IMG/VR virus record: IMGVR_UViG_2645728091_000008
DNA from: a virus
Taxonomy: Duplodnaviria > Heunggongvirae > Uroviricota > Caudoviricetes
Strand: one strand, 5' to 3'
Length of the DNA: 22,213 nucleotides
A model generated the notes under the pieces. That model was not told where the DNA came from. It searched no databases and saw only the letters and a program-made list of their open reading frames with translations. The translations under genes were made by a program, and so were the position numbers. Below, in pieces: positions 1-8,684 of this stretch (the stretch's first letter is position 1; every line of letters starts with the position of its first letter).

Positions 1-1244
1 CCAAACCTGACCTGCAAATGCTGAAACAGCCCCTGAACCTGTGTGGCATCTTTGGGGTCAAGAAAGGTCAGTCCGGTGATGAGCGCACCATCTGTACCCG
101 GGAACCAGCCATTGCTGTTTGTCTCAATAATGCTCGCCGGCCCCAGACGAAAACGGATTTGTGTCTCCCCCGGGTCGCCCTTCGGTCCCTGAGGTCCGGT
201 TGCCCCCACCGGGCCAGCCGCACCTGTTTCTCCTTTCGGTCCCTGTGGGCCTGCCGGGCCTGCCGCACCGGTATCTCCCTTTGGACCCTGTGGACCTGCA
301 TTTCCCGTCAGACCGGTCTCTCCCCGCTCTCCCATGTCACCTTTCGGCCCCTGCGGGCCTGCCGGACCAGCATCACCTGCCGGTCCCCGTTCGCCGGTTG
401 CCCCGACAGGGCCGGTGTCACCGCGCTCTCCCTTATCACCCTTCGGCCCCTGAGGACCCGCGGGCCCCTGTTCCCCCTTTGGCCCGGGAGGTCCCACCAC
501 GGTGGGGATTCGGTTTACGGCCTCTTCCGCCGCTATCCTGCTTTGTTCCGCTGACTGTGCGCTTTCTGCTGACTCCCGGGCTTTTTCTGTTGCGGTCGTT
601 GCATCCCTGGCTGCATTACCGGCTGCACTTTCTGCCGTCTTTCTTGACAATTCAGCTTCTGCTGCACTTTGTGATGACTCACTGGCTTTTTGAGCGGCCG
701 CAGAAGCCGAGGACGAGGACGCATCCTCTGACTGCTTTGCTGAGGCTGCACTTTCTGCCGCCTGCCGGGCTGACTCCGATGCCTCCCCTGCTGAAGTGTC
801 AGCATTTACTGCACTCTTTTCCGCCTGACCGGCTGATATACCCGCATTCCTCGCTGACGTCTCCGCCTCTCCGGCATTCTTCTTCGCCTCCTCAGCGTGA
901 CGCGCCACCTCTTCCACCATCAGTTCAAAACGGCGCAGTGCCTCCGGACGGGCATCATCCTCCGTCATGGCACCGAGAAAATCATTCAGCGTACCCGGCT
1001 GAGAATCTTCATACACGGTGATGGTCCCGGCATGTGACGGCGGGAACCCCTCCACCAACAGAATAACGCTGTACTGACCGTACTCAACGTCCATACTGTA
1101 ACGCCCGGCTTCATCCGGATTTTCTGAGGCCAGCGTGTTCACCACCACAGTGGTACTGTTACGTTTTGCTTTCAGCTGGATTGTGCAGTTCTGTACCGGT
1201 TTTCCTGTGCCGTCTTTCAGTACACCTGAAATCTTTACTGCCAT
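1..1244 (-). CDS. stf: side tail fibre protein (Stf-like), N-terminal 414 codons; 3' end runs off the window start
   Basis: ATG at 1244..1242 with GGGGTG upstream. Frame checked codon by codon and open down to position 3. Translation begins MAVKISGVLKDGTGKPVQNCTIQLKAKRN, matching recalled lambda Stf N-terminus. Contains a Ser/Ala/Glu-rich segment (approx 495..900) and about 37 Gly-X-Y collagen-like triplets (approx 165..494). Absent from the ORF track because there is no stop in the window. Confidence 0.85.
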   Translation of the reverse strand, partial: MAVKISGVLKDGTGKPVQNCTIQLKAKRNSTTVVVNTLASENPDEAGRYSMDVEYGQYSVILLVEGFPPSHAGTITVYEDSQPGTLNDFLGAMTEDDARPEALRRFELMVEEVARHAEEAKKNAGEAETSARNAGISAGQAEKSAVNADTSAGEASESARQAAESAASAKQSEDASSSSASAAAQKASESSQSAAEAELSRKTAESAAGNAARDATTATEKARESAESAQSAEQSRIAAEEAVNRIPTVVGPPGPKGEQGPAGPQGPKGDKGERGDTGPVGATGERGPAGDAGPAGPQGPKGDMGERGETGLTGNAGPQGPKGDTGAAGPAGPQGPKGETGAAGPVGATGPQGPKGDPGETQIRFRLGPASIIETNSNGWFPGTDGALITGLTFLDPKDATQVQGLFQHLQVRF

Positions 1245-1255
1245 ATTCACCCCAC

Positions 1256-1282
1256 AAAAAAGCCCGCCTGAACCGGCGGGCT
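1256..1282 (-). terminator. intrinsic terminator downstream of lom
   Basis: On the minus strand: stem AGCCCGCC (1282..1275 pairs with 1268..1261), 6-nt loop, then TTTTT (1260..1256). Lies 27 nt after the lom stop and 12 nt before the stf ATG. Confidence 0.7.
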
Positions 1283-1308
1283 GTCATAACACTGTGTTAC
1301 CTGGCTAA

Positions 1309-1932
1309 TCAGAATTTATAGCCGACACCCACGATGAAACCGTCAGTGCGCCAGTCGCCACTGCCGGAACCTTCATAAGCAAGGTCAATAACCACCGTCT
1401 CTACGGGACTGAACTGAATCCCGGCATTCCAGGCCGGCGACAGATGACGCGCAGTATGACCATCACTGGCGGTGGTGGTCTCCTTCACATACCCCGGTTT
1501 CACTTCATCACGCCGGTAATCCTGAACACTGTCAGACCAGCGGGTGTACGCCATCCCGGCCATGCCATAGAGACTGACCCGCTCACTGAGCTGCCAGACA
1601 GGGCCGGCCATCAGACTGACATAACGACCGCGCAGGCTTTCATAATGGAAGGTATTTTCACCCGTCTTCATCGTGTCACTTTTCTTCACCGATGCATAAC
1701 TCAGCGCGACAATGCCGCCCAGGTGATCCGTGAACTCATAACGGTATTTCACATTAATCCCTTTTAAATCACCTGCACGCGCACCGGTACCGGACAATGC
1801 CGGTACGCCGCCCGGGTGAACCTGAGCATATCCCACGGAAAATGCACCGTGTCCGTTTTCAGCCTGTGCAGGAAAGGCAATTCCTGCCAGCAGGGTAGTA
1901 AACAATAATATCGTTGCGTATAAATGCCGCAT
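1309..1932 (-). CDS. lom: Ail/Lom-family outer membrane protein (207 aa)
   Basis: ORF 1309..1968; the track start at 1968 is GTG. I prefer ATG 1932 (MRHLYATILLFTTLLAGIAFPAQA signal peptide) with SD AGAGGT 5 nt upstream. Motifs GINVKYRYE, FHYESLRGRYVS and C-terminal AYEGSGSGDWRTDGFIVGVGYKF match recalled lambda Lom. Confidence 0.9.
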   Translation of the reverse strand: MRHLYATILLFTTLLAGIAFPAQAENGHGAFSVGYAQVHPGGVPALSGTGARAGDLKGINVKYRYEFTDHLGGIVALSYASVKKSDTMKTGENTFHYESLRGRYVSLMAGPVWQLSERVSLYGMAGMAYTRWSDSVQDYRRDEVKPGYVKETTTASDGHTARHLSPAWNAGIQFSPVETVVIDLAYEGSGSGDWRTDGFIVGVGYKF

Positions 1933-1954
1933 GATTACCTCTTTGTTTTCAGTC

Positions 1955-1981
1955 AATAAAAAAGGCACCTCCTGAGGTGCC
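1955..1981 (-). terminator. intrinsic terminator between J and lom
   Basis: On the minus strand: GGCACCT / AGGTGCC stem (1981..1964, 4-nt loop) followed by TTTTTTATT (1963..1955). Starts 20 nt after the J stop. Confidence 0.7.
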
Positions 1982-2000
1982 CGTCCGGGTTAATAAACCG

Positions 2001-5000
2001 TCAGCTGATACTGATCCCTGCCGTGGATTTTTTCATGACCACAACCAGTAAATCACTGATGTACGTTGTCGGCGTCCAGTTGTTCGCACCGGCCGACGAC
2101 ACATTAAACGTCAGGGTGACATGACCCCGCCCTGCCGGCATATCTATCACCGATGAGAACACCCGGCTGACATCCGTTGCCGGTTCATGGAAAATCTCAA
2201 CCCCGTTCTTCAGCACCTGCAGCTTACAGGTGGAATACCAGTACGACTGCTGATTCGGGCTGTTGAAATTCTGGTGTTTCGTCCCGCGAAACAGCACCGG
2301 GGGAATGATAATCTGCCGGTCGAAGCCCTGGTCATCGTAAACTGTGACGGTTACCGTCCCGCTGGCATAACTGTTATTCCGGGGAAAGGCTTTCCCCACC
2401 GTCTTCACCAGGTCGCCTTCAATCTGGTTTGCAGACAGTTTCCCTCTGATGACACAGTTCTCGTTAATGGTGACATTATTGAGCGTGCCGGTATTCGCGG
2501 TAATTGCTCCGCTGATATCCGCGTTCCTGGCTGTCAGCTTCCCTTCCGGCGTCAGGGAAAACGTCGGGGGGTTGCCGGATGACGTGATACTCGCCGCAAA
2601 CAGACGCTTCAGGAACACGTCGTTCATGAACAGCTGATTCCCCTGCGCCACAAATAACGGAGTGCTGTTGCCGCTCTCCGGATTTATCATCGCGATACGG
2701 TCAGCCAGCAGCAGTATGTTGCTCAGTGGCTGGCCATCAGTATCCTCAATCCCTGCACCAATCCCGGCCACATAGGGAATGCCGTCTTTCGTTTTTTGAA
2801 CCTTCAGCATGTACAGCGCAGCCAGGTCATCATTTGTGTCCTTCTGCACGCGCTGTATCTGCTGAATGGTGGCGCTCTGGTCTTCCAGCGTTTTACTGAC
2901 CGTCTGTGTGATTTCATTGCGGGTTTCGGTGATGGTGGTCTTCATCTCCGCCATCTCATCCGCAAGCTGGCTGTTGTCTATCAGCTCCCATAGCCCCTGA
3001 GCCAGATGCAGTTTTCCTATTTTTTCCCGGAAAAATTCCAGATACCCTTCACCATCATTGCTGGGCTGCCCGCTGACTTCCACAAACGCAGATTTCCCCA
3101 CCAGGTTGACGCTGCGCACGTAAAACCAGAAATCCTTCCCGGGCTTAATGTGCGGGCCGGATACACTCCACTGACTGCCGGTCCCCAGATAACGGGCAGA
3201 GGTTTCCACCTGAGATGTGTCTGCGATTTTTGCCTCCGAAAACCAGAACTCAAACTGTACCGTCGGGTCATACACCGCAAGACGCGGGACCGCCGTTATC
3301 TGAAAATACCCCGGCGTCAGTTCAATGGTGGCGGGTTTTGCTGGCGCGTTAATCCGGAAGGTGGTGGTGGCCGGTTCGCCCTGCTGGCCATAACTGTTAA
3401 TTGCCCTGACTGTCAGGGTGTATTCCCCGAGCGGCAGACCACTGAAACGATGCTCTGTATCCGCAGTGATGGCGGTGGTCACCAGACGGCTGTCTTCTCC
3501 GCTTCCGTTGGTCAGGCGCAGACTGAAGCGCACACCCTTCACCACCCGCGGCGTGTCCCATTTCGCCTGTGCCAGATACTGACCGTCAGCCGCGCTCACC
3601 TCCACCGTCAGGTGCTGCACAGCCGGCGGGATGACGCTGTTCAGCGAACCGGACAGTGGCTCAAAGCTGGCCCCGTTATCCACAATGGCTTCTTTTTCCG
3701 GTACGTGCTGCACCGCCGTGATGGCAAAGGTGCCGTCCGTGTTTTCCCGGATGGAGACACAGCGGAACAGGCGACGACGCAGTGACGGCAGGGAGAGTCC
3801 CCATACACCGTATGTCTCCACACCATCAGGCAGGGTGCTGACCTGTATCCGGTCCGGCGCGGGGTGTGCAGTGATGGCCACGCTCACCGGCTTACCGCTG
3901 CCGTTAATCAGGTTCACCGTGGCGGCACCTGTCTCCGGCAGGGTCACCTCACGGTCCAGTGTCAGGGTGCGGCTGGCGGCATCGATGGACAGGATACGTC
4001 CGCCGGTCATGGTCCCGGCATAGTCGTTATCACAGATTTCAATAATGTCACCGGGTGTGTGACGCAGCCCCTGTGACCCGAGCGTGAAATCCACCGTCTG
4101 CGTTTCCAGCAGTCCGGTCTTTATCACCCACAGCCCGGCACGGTGGGCCTGACCGCGACTGGTGCAACCGAACGCATCCATCTTCAGCAGGTTGCGCCCG
4201 TAGCGCAGTATGGCTTCCGGGTCTTCCACCAGTTCCGTGGAGGTCTGCCAGCCGTTCTGCGGGTCGGTGTAATTCACCTCCACCGCCGTGTGGCGGTCCT
4301 TCAGGGCGCTGAAGCTGTAGCGAAACCCCACGCCGTTATCATCCACCACCACATCGCAGTTGGTGTACGGCCACACCACATCCGACGGGCGGTCCTGAAC
4401 GAACGTCAGCGTCTGGCCGTTCCATACCGGCATACAGCGCATCGCCGAGCAGAAATCACTGAGAACGTCCCACGCCTTACGCTGTTGTGACAGGTACGCA
4501 TTAAAGGTCATCCGCGGCTCTGTGCCCCCGAAACCATCCGGGACCGTCTGGTCGCAGTACTGCCCGATGGCATACAGCGCCCACTTGTCAACATCCGCCG
4601 CCACCAGACGTTTTCCCATGCCGTAGCGCGGGTGAGTCAGCATGTCCCACAGGCACCAGGCCGGGTTGTTGCTGTATGCCGGTTTCAGGCTGCCGTCCCA
4701 GATGCCGCTGTACGTGCGTTTTTCCGGGTCATAGTTTGACGGTACCTGGATGATGCGACCGCGGATATGGTAGTTCACCGTCATCTGCTGACCGCCAAAC
4801 TGCTCCGCATCCACCTGCAGCCCCACAATCGCCGTGTTCGGGTAGCACTGTTTCACATCGATGATTTCGGTGTATGACGACCAGAGCGTCTTATTCTGCA
4901 GCTGGTCCGAGGTGCTGTCCGCTGTCTCCCGGACCATCCGGATGTTAAAGGGCCGCTCAGGCAGATTCTCCAGAATCACCGACGCCAGGTACTGTGAGGT

Positions 5001-5477
5001 GGTCTTGCCGTTAATGGTGACATCCTTTTCCGTCACCCAGTTACCGTTACGCTGCAACTGAATCAGCAGTCGGACAGAAGAGGGATTACGGTCGCCCTTT
5101 GAGGTGGTCTCCAACAGTGACTGCACCCCGAAGGTGACCCGCAGGCGGTCAATGTTCGCGGATGTAATGGTGCGCGTTACCGGCTTTGCCTTCGTCACTT
5201 CCACGCCCAGTCCGGTTTCAGCTCCGGAGGACTCAAAGCCTTCCGGTGGTGTCTGCTCCTGCTCCCCGGCGCGCCAGACCGCGGTCACACCGTGTATCAC
5301 AGGATTGCCGTCCGTGTCCGTCAGCGGGGTTTTGTTCACCAGGATACTCTGCAGCCCCTTCACCGGGCCTTCTATCGGTCCCTCACCAATCGCATCAATC
5401 ACACTCATCATCTGCGTGGATTTGAGATTATCCTTCGCCTCTCGAGGCGTGTGCGCCCTGCCGCCACCTTTGCCCAT
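2001..5477 (-). CDS. J: tail tip / host specificity protein J (central tail fibre), 1158 aa
   Basis: ATG at 5477 with SD GAGAGGA upstream. N-terminus [37 protein letters not shown] is near-identical to recalled lambda J, and length is similar to lambda J (1132 aa). Confidence 0.95.
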   Translation of the reverse strand: MGKGGGRAHTPREAKDNLKSTQMMSVIDAIGEGPIEGPVKGLQSILVNKTPLTDTDGNPVIHGVTAVWRAGEQEQTPPEGFESSGAETGLGVEVTKAKPVTRTITSANIDRLRVTFGVQSLLETTSKGDRNPSSVRLLIQLQRNGNWVTEKDVTINGKTTSQYLASVILENLPERPFNIRMVRETADSTSDQLQNKTLWSSYTEIIDVKQCYPNTAIVGLQVDAEQFGGQQMTVNYHIRGRIIQVPSNYDPEKRTYSGIWDGSLKPAYSNNPAWCLWDMLTHPRYGMGKRLVAADVDKWALYAIGQYCDQTVPDGFGGTEPRMTFNAYLSQQRKAWDVLSDFCSAMRCMPVWNGQTLTFVQDRPSDVVWPYTNCDVVVDDNGVGFRYSFSALKDRHTAVEVNYTDPQNGWQTSTELVEDPEAILRYGRNLLKMDAFGCTSRGQAHRAGLWVIKTGLLETQTVDFTLGSQGLRHTPGDIIEICDNDYAGTMTGGRILSIDAASRTLTLDREVTLPETGAATVNLINGSGKPVSVAITAHPAPDRIQVSTLPDGVETYGVWGLSLPSLRRRLFRCVSIRENTDGTFAITAVQHVPEKEAIVDNGASFEPLSGSLNSVIPPAVQHLTVEVSAADGQYLAQAKWDTPRVVKGVRFSLRLTNGSGEDSRLVTTAITADTEHRFSGLPLGEYTLTVRAINSYGQQGEPATTTFRINAPAKPATIELTPGYFQITAVPRLAVYDPTVQFEFWFSEAKIADTSQVETSARYLGTGSQWSVSGPHIKPGKDFWFYVRSVNLVGKSAFVEVSGQPSNDGEGYLEFFREKIGKLHLAQGLWELIDNSQLADEMAEMKTTITETRNEITQTVSKTLEDQSATIQQIQRVQKDTNDDLAALYMLKVQKTKDGIPYVAGIGAGIEDTDGQPLSNILLLADRIAMINPESGNSTPLFVAQGNQLFMNDVFLKRLFAASITSSGNPPTFSLTPEGKLTARNADISGAITANTGTLNNVTINENCVIRGKLSANQIEGDLVKTVGKAFPRNNSYASGTVTVTVYDDQGFDRQIIIPPVLFRGTKHQNFNSPNQQSYWYSTCKLQVLKNGVEIFHEPATDVSRVFSSVIDMPAGRGHVTLTFNVSSAGANNWTPTTYISDLLVVVMKKSTAGISIS

Positions 5478-5491
5478 AATGTTCCTCTCAA

Positions 5492-5546
5492 TTGGTATTA
5501 TTAATCGCAGTGATAGGATATTGCACAGCTATTGCGCGATATCATC
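5492..5546 (+). promoter_or_regulatory. candidate promoter region for sodC (AT-rich; weak -35 TTGGTA 5492..5497, -10-like TAGGAT 5514..5519 or TATCAT 5540..5545)
   Basis: AT-rich stretch between the divergently oriented J start and sodC. Hexamers are imperfect and spacing is not ideal, so this is only a region-level call. Confidence 0.25.
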
Positions 5547-5610
5547 AGAACGCTGTTTGTTACCCTGTAACCAGCAAGCTCAGTCTGTTAACGGAATTAA
5601 TGAGGGTTTT

Positions 5611-6138
5611 ATGAAATGTAAAATCATTGCTGCCATTGCCATGCTGACAGCAGCATCATGCGGATACGCAGCAGAACAGGAAGTCCCAATGAACCTTGTC
5701 AGTGCTGACGGAAAAGAAGTCAGCATTGGAAAAATAACCATTCAGGAGACCCCCTACGGTCTGCTGTTCACACCAGCCCTTCACTCTCTGTCTGAAGGCA
5801 TTCATGGTTTTCATGTGCACGAAAAAGGAAATTGCGCCCCGGCACTGAAAGACGGAAAACCGGTCGCAGCATTATCGGCTGGCGGTCACTTTGACCCGAA
5901 AAACACCGGCAAACATCTTGGCCCCTGGTCTCCGGATGGACACCTGGGCGACCTCCCTGCGCTGTTCGTGACGCATGACGGAAAAGCGAACTACCCGGTC
6001 CTGGCCCCGAGACTGAACTCATTAAAAGAGATTAAAGGGCGTTCTCTCATGCTTCATGCTGGCGGTGATAACCATCATGACCATCCGGAGCCCCTGGGCG
6101 GTGGTGGTGCGAGAATGGCCTGCGGCATCATTCAATAA
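5611..6138 (+). CDS. sodC: periplasmic Cu,Zn superoxide dismutase (175 aa), prophage moron
   Basis: ATG 5611 with SD GAGGG 4 nt upstream, TAA at 6136..6138. N-terminal signal peptide [17 protein letters not shown]. Cu/Zn-SOD signatures [33 protein letters not shown] and [14 protein letters not shown]. It is the C-terminal part of track ORF 5104..6138; the upstream extension is antisense to J and rejected. Confidence 0.95.
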   Translation: MKCKIIAAIAMLTAASCGYAAEQEVPMNLVSADGKEVSIGKITIQETPYGLLFTPALHSLSEGIHGFHVHEKGNCAPALKDGKPVAALSAGGHFDPKNTGKHLGPWSPDGHLGDLPALFVTHDGKANYPVLAPRLNSLKEIKGRSLMLHAGGDNHHDHPEPLGGGGARMACGIIQ

Positions 6139-6144
6139 TCAGTC

Positions 6145-6173
6145 AGGTAAGGGGCGGGCCCCTTACCTTTATT
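6145..6173 (+). terminator. intrinsic terminator of sodC
   Basis: Perfect 10-bp stem AGGTAAGGGG (6145..6154) / CCCCTTACCT (6159..6168), loop CGGG, followed by TTATT. Begins 7 nt after the sodC stop. No T-tract on the other strand. Confidence 0.75.
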
Positions 6174-6285
6174 CCTCAGGACGATAAATCCTTTCTCCCT
6201 GAAAAGAACGGCACATCCTCCCTCTCTGAGTTAATGTTTTTGTCGTGACATAAGAATAATTCCTTACACTCAATCTTCGTAACGC

Positions 6286-6323
6286 TCCCGCAGTTCCTGT
6301 CCGTGAGCACTGCGGGATTTTTT
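6286..6323 (+). terminator. second plus-strand terminator-like hairpin (9-bp stem, 14-nt loop, T6)
   Basis: TCCCGCAGT (6286..6294) pairs with ACTGCGGGA (6309..6317), followed by TTTTTT (6318..6323). Sits immediately beside the stop codon of I (6329..6331). The minus strand has no T-tract after the stem. Confidence 0.5.
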
Positions 6324-6328
6324 CGCTT

Positions 6329-7009
6329 TTATGCCTGCCGCCCGATAACCACGACCTTTCCGCCCCCGCCTTCATCACGGGTACTGATGTCCTGGGATAT
6401 ACGGCGGGAGCCAACCAGCATTTCACCGTAAGGCACCGGCATCGGGTTCCCCTGGGCAATCATGTTATCCAGCGAGGAAAAGTACGTGTTCTGTCTGCCG
6501 TTATCCGTGCTTTTGTACTCCGGTACTTTAGCCTTCGGGGCCAGCATCTGAGCCACACCACCCAGAATCATGCTGGCCCCCAGTGAAAACAGCATCGTGG
6601 TGGCAGAAAAACCACCGGCTGCCAGGGCTGAACCCCATAACGCCATTGATGCCCCGGCAGTGAAGAAAGAGCCCACGATGGCTGCCGCCCCCAGCACAAT
6701 CTGCAGTCCACCCTTTCCGGCCCCGGCCAGTCGCGGCACAATGTGGATGACCGTTCCCTCACCCAGCTGTTCGTGAAGACGGGCGTACACCGCCTCCGGT
6801 GCCGTGTCCTCACCGCGAATACGTATCTGGTACCAGCCTTCGTTCATCTGACGGCGGAATCCCGGCATCTGCATCGACAGGGCACGGATAGCTTCCGCTG
6901 CCGTGTTCACATACAGGCTGAGGCGGCGGCCAAATCGTTGTAAATCCCCGTGAAGGCAGATACGTGCCAGTGGCGGTGACGCCAGGCTGAATGCGTTCGT
7001 CGTTGCCAT
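6329..7009 (-). CDS. I: tail assembly protein I (226 aa)
   Basis: ATG at 7009. MATTNAFSLASPPLARICLHGDLQRFGRR and the Gly/Ala-rich middle match recalled lambda I. Overlaps the 3' end of K by about 100 nt, as K and I do in lambda. Confidence 0.9.
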   Translation of the reverse strand: MATTNAFSLASPPLARICLHGDLQRFGRRLSLYVNTAAEAIRALSMQMPGFRRQMNEGWYQIRIRGEDTAPEAVYARLHEQLGEGTVIHIVPRLAGAGKGGLQIVLGAAAIVGSFFTAGASMALWGSALAAGGFSATTMLFSLGASMILGGVAQMLAPKAKVPEYKSTDNGRQNTYFSSLDNMIAQGNPMPVPYGEMLVGSRRISQDISTRDEGGGGKVVVIGRQA

Positions 7010-7651
7010 TTTTCGGAATACCTCTCCCGTTTACTCAGTTGTTCAGGCAGATGGTGAAGCAGCTCACCGTTGCCGCAGTATATGGCGGCATGATTGGCCA
7101 CCGATGCGCCAAAGCAGCACAGCAGGATATCGCCAGGCTGTGCGGAAGGCAGGGAAATCCTGTAAAAACCAGTCGCCTCCATATTGTCCAGGTACAGGTT
7201 CTGACCGTTGCGCCACCAGTCATCCTCACGCTCAAAATCCGGCATATCAATTCCCGCCAGATGGTAGGCATCCCGGAACAGCGTGTAACAGTCCGTCACC
7301 CCGTGCTCAAAGCGCCGTCCTGTCAGATGTGGCACACAGCGGAATTTATGAATTTCCCCCCCGGCAGACCAGCCACCAGGACAGTGCACTTTTTATCTGC
7401 AGCCGCCGGTCGGCCTCGCTCAGCCAGGGCAGACCACCGGGATGACTGTGGACCAGTGCCACAATCTCCCCCTGCATCTCTGCCCGCAGCCAGTCTTCCG
7501 GTGCAATACGAAAATACGCCTCCGGCTCTGCAGAGATATTCACACAAGGGATATACCGCTCCCCCTCCGGCGTTCTCACCACGAAGCCGCACGACTCCGC
7601 AGGCACACACCGCCGGGCATGCGCCAGAATCGCTGATTCTGTCTGTGTCAT
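6907..7651 (-). pseudogene. K: tail tip assembly protein K (MPN/JAMM N-domain plus NlpC/P60 C-domain), reading frame broken at a G7 tract
   Basis: N-terminal ORF 7346..7651 (ATG 7651; HSHPGGLPWLSEADR JAMM motif) ends at TAA 7346..7348. C-terminal ORF 6907..7389 (DCYTLFRDAY, HAAIYCG) is in the adjacent frame. The frames can only be joined within 7349..7392, which contains the C7 run at 7356..7362. Removing one C gives a continuous ...WWLVCRGEIHKFRCVPHLTGRRFEHG... Confidence 0.75.
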
Positions 7652-7656
7652 TGGAT

Positions 7657-8355
7657 TTACTGCGAAAGTTTGTTAATGGAAAGGAAACCGCCAAAATTAG
7701 CCACCATGCCGCGCATCTCACACCCGCGCATGCACTTGCTGCATCTGTCCTTACGGATATCGGTGGTGGGTTTATCGAACTCATCCGCCACCGCAGGACC
7801 GTTATACCCGCATTCATCTCCCCGGTAATCCCACATACAGGTGTTCGCCAGCATGATGCGACCGGGAAACAGCGCTCCGTCCGTCTCCGTCGGTGTTGCC
7901 AGCACAAACGAGGCTGTCATGGCCGTCAGCTCTGACATCTGCTCCACCACCCAGCGGTCGCTCAGCTCCTGCTCCGGGTCCGCTTCCGGATTGCCCGCCA
8001 CAAAATTCACCGCATCCAGAAAACGGGCATACACCCGGCGGCGGACCACCGTGGCCCCCACCAGGCTCTGCAGGTCCTCCGCCATTCCGGTGACCAGACC
8101 GAACAGATTCGACACCGTCAGCGACGGGCGGGCACTGCTGCCCTTCCCGTTCATCTCAAAGCCACTGCCGTCAATCGGGTATGCCTGATATTGCCGCCCC
8201 TGCCAGGTAACCGCCTCCCCTTTTTCATTCAGCTCATTGCAGAAAAAATACCGCTCACCACCCTGTACCGTCAGGTCGATTTCCCAGAGTACCACCCGCG
8301 GTGACTGCTCTGATTTAACCGACTCGTTCAGACTTTCTTCGTGAATATCCTGCAT
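7657..8355 (-). CDS. L: minor tail protein L (232 aa)
   Basis: ATG 8355. MQDIHEESLNE...VVLWEIDLT...GGERYFFCNE...NFGGFLSINKLSQ matches recalled lambda L. Same length as lambda L. Confidence 0.95.
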   Translation of the reverse strand: MQDIHEESLNESVKSEQSPRVVLWEIDLTVQGGERYFFCNELNEKGEAVTWQGRQYQAYPIDGSGFEMNGKGSSARPSLTVSNLFGLVTGMAEDLQSLVGATVVRRRVYARFLDAVNFVAGNPEADPEQELSDRWVVEQMSELTAMTASFVLATPTETDGALFPGRIMLANTCMWDYRGDECGYNGPAVADEFDKPTTDIRKDRCSKCMRGCEMRGMVANFGGFLSINKLSQ

Positions 8356-8684
8356 CAGTTCACCACCTGCTTAAACTCCGCGCTGAATTCAACCCGCAGC
8401 ATGCGAACCCGTGATGACCAGGCGGCACAGGTCACCTTTATCTGCCGCCAGGCATAAGGCGGTGTCCACAGAAACGCCTTCCAGCCACCGTGCTCTGCCA
8501 GGAATGCCTCCAGATGTCGGGCCTCCTCCCGGGTCACGGAAAGCGTCACACGGTATGTTTTCAGGTCAGCATTCAGCCCCGCCGCCATACGCTGCGAATA
8601 CCCGTCACCAAAACGCACTTCACGCACCGATGGCTGCGAGTTCACCTCCATATCCGGCTTCACTTTCCAGCGAAATGTTTTCAT
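8355..8684 (-). CDS. M: minor tail protein M (109 aa)
   Basis: ATG 8684 overlapping the H stop; ATGA overlap with L. Size and position as in lambda. Confidence 0.9.
   Translation of the reverse strand: MKTFRWKVKPDMEVNSQPSVREVRFGDGYSQRMAAGLNADLKTYRVTLSVTREEARHLEAFLAEHGGWKAFLWTPPYAWRQIKVTCAAWSSRVRMLRVEFSAEFKQVVN

Noticed and set aside
165-494. Possible CRISPR or tandem non-coding repeat array at the window start
   Set aside because: The periodic 9-nt GGnCCnnnn pattern is in-frame Gly-X-Y coding sequence of the tail fibre, with no spacer/repeat architecture and no stop codons in the coding frame.
1933-1968. Track start of lom at 1968 (MPFLLTENKEVIM...)
   Set aside because: The codon at 1968 is GTG and lies inside the J-lom terminator hairpin. 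ATG 1932 with AGAGGT upstream gives a canonical signal peptide and lambda-like length.
5104-5610. N-terminal 169-codon extension of the track ORF that contains sodC
   Set aside because: The extension overlaps the J start region in antisense and has no SD. The SodC signal peptide and SD are at 5602..5611, so the real gene begins at ATG 5611.
6169-6459. 96-aa minus-strand ORF spanning the sodC-I spacer
   Set aside because: It overlaps the 3' end of I in another frame and runs through two terminator hairpins. The translation is Arg/Cys-rich with no motif.
7349-7392. Programmed frameshift in K analogous to G/GT
   Set aside because: No recoding event is known to me for K. The tract is a plain homopolymer without a canonical slippery heptamer and stimulator, and both halves are needed in one polypeptide in lambda. 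Mutation or sequencing error is more parsimonious, but it is kept as a finding to be checked.
7323-7907. 194-aa minus-strand ORF overlapping K and L
   Set aside because: It is an alternative frame of the K/L region with a Cys/Arg/Ala-rich, motif-free translation. The K and L frames carry the recognisable domains.
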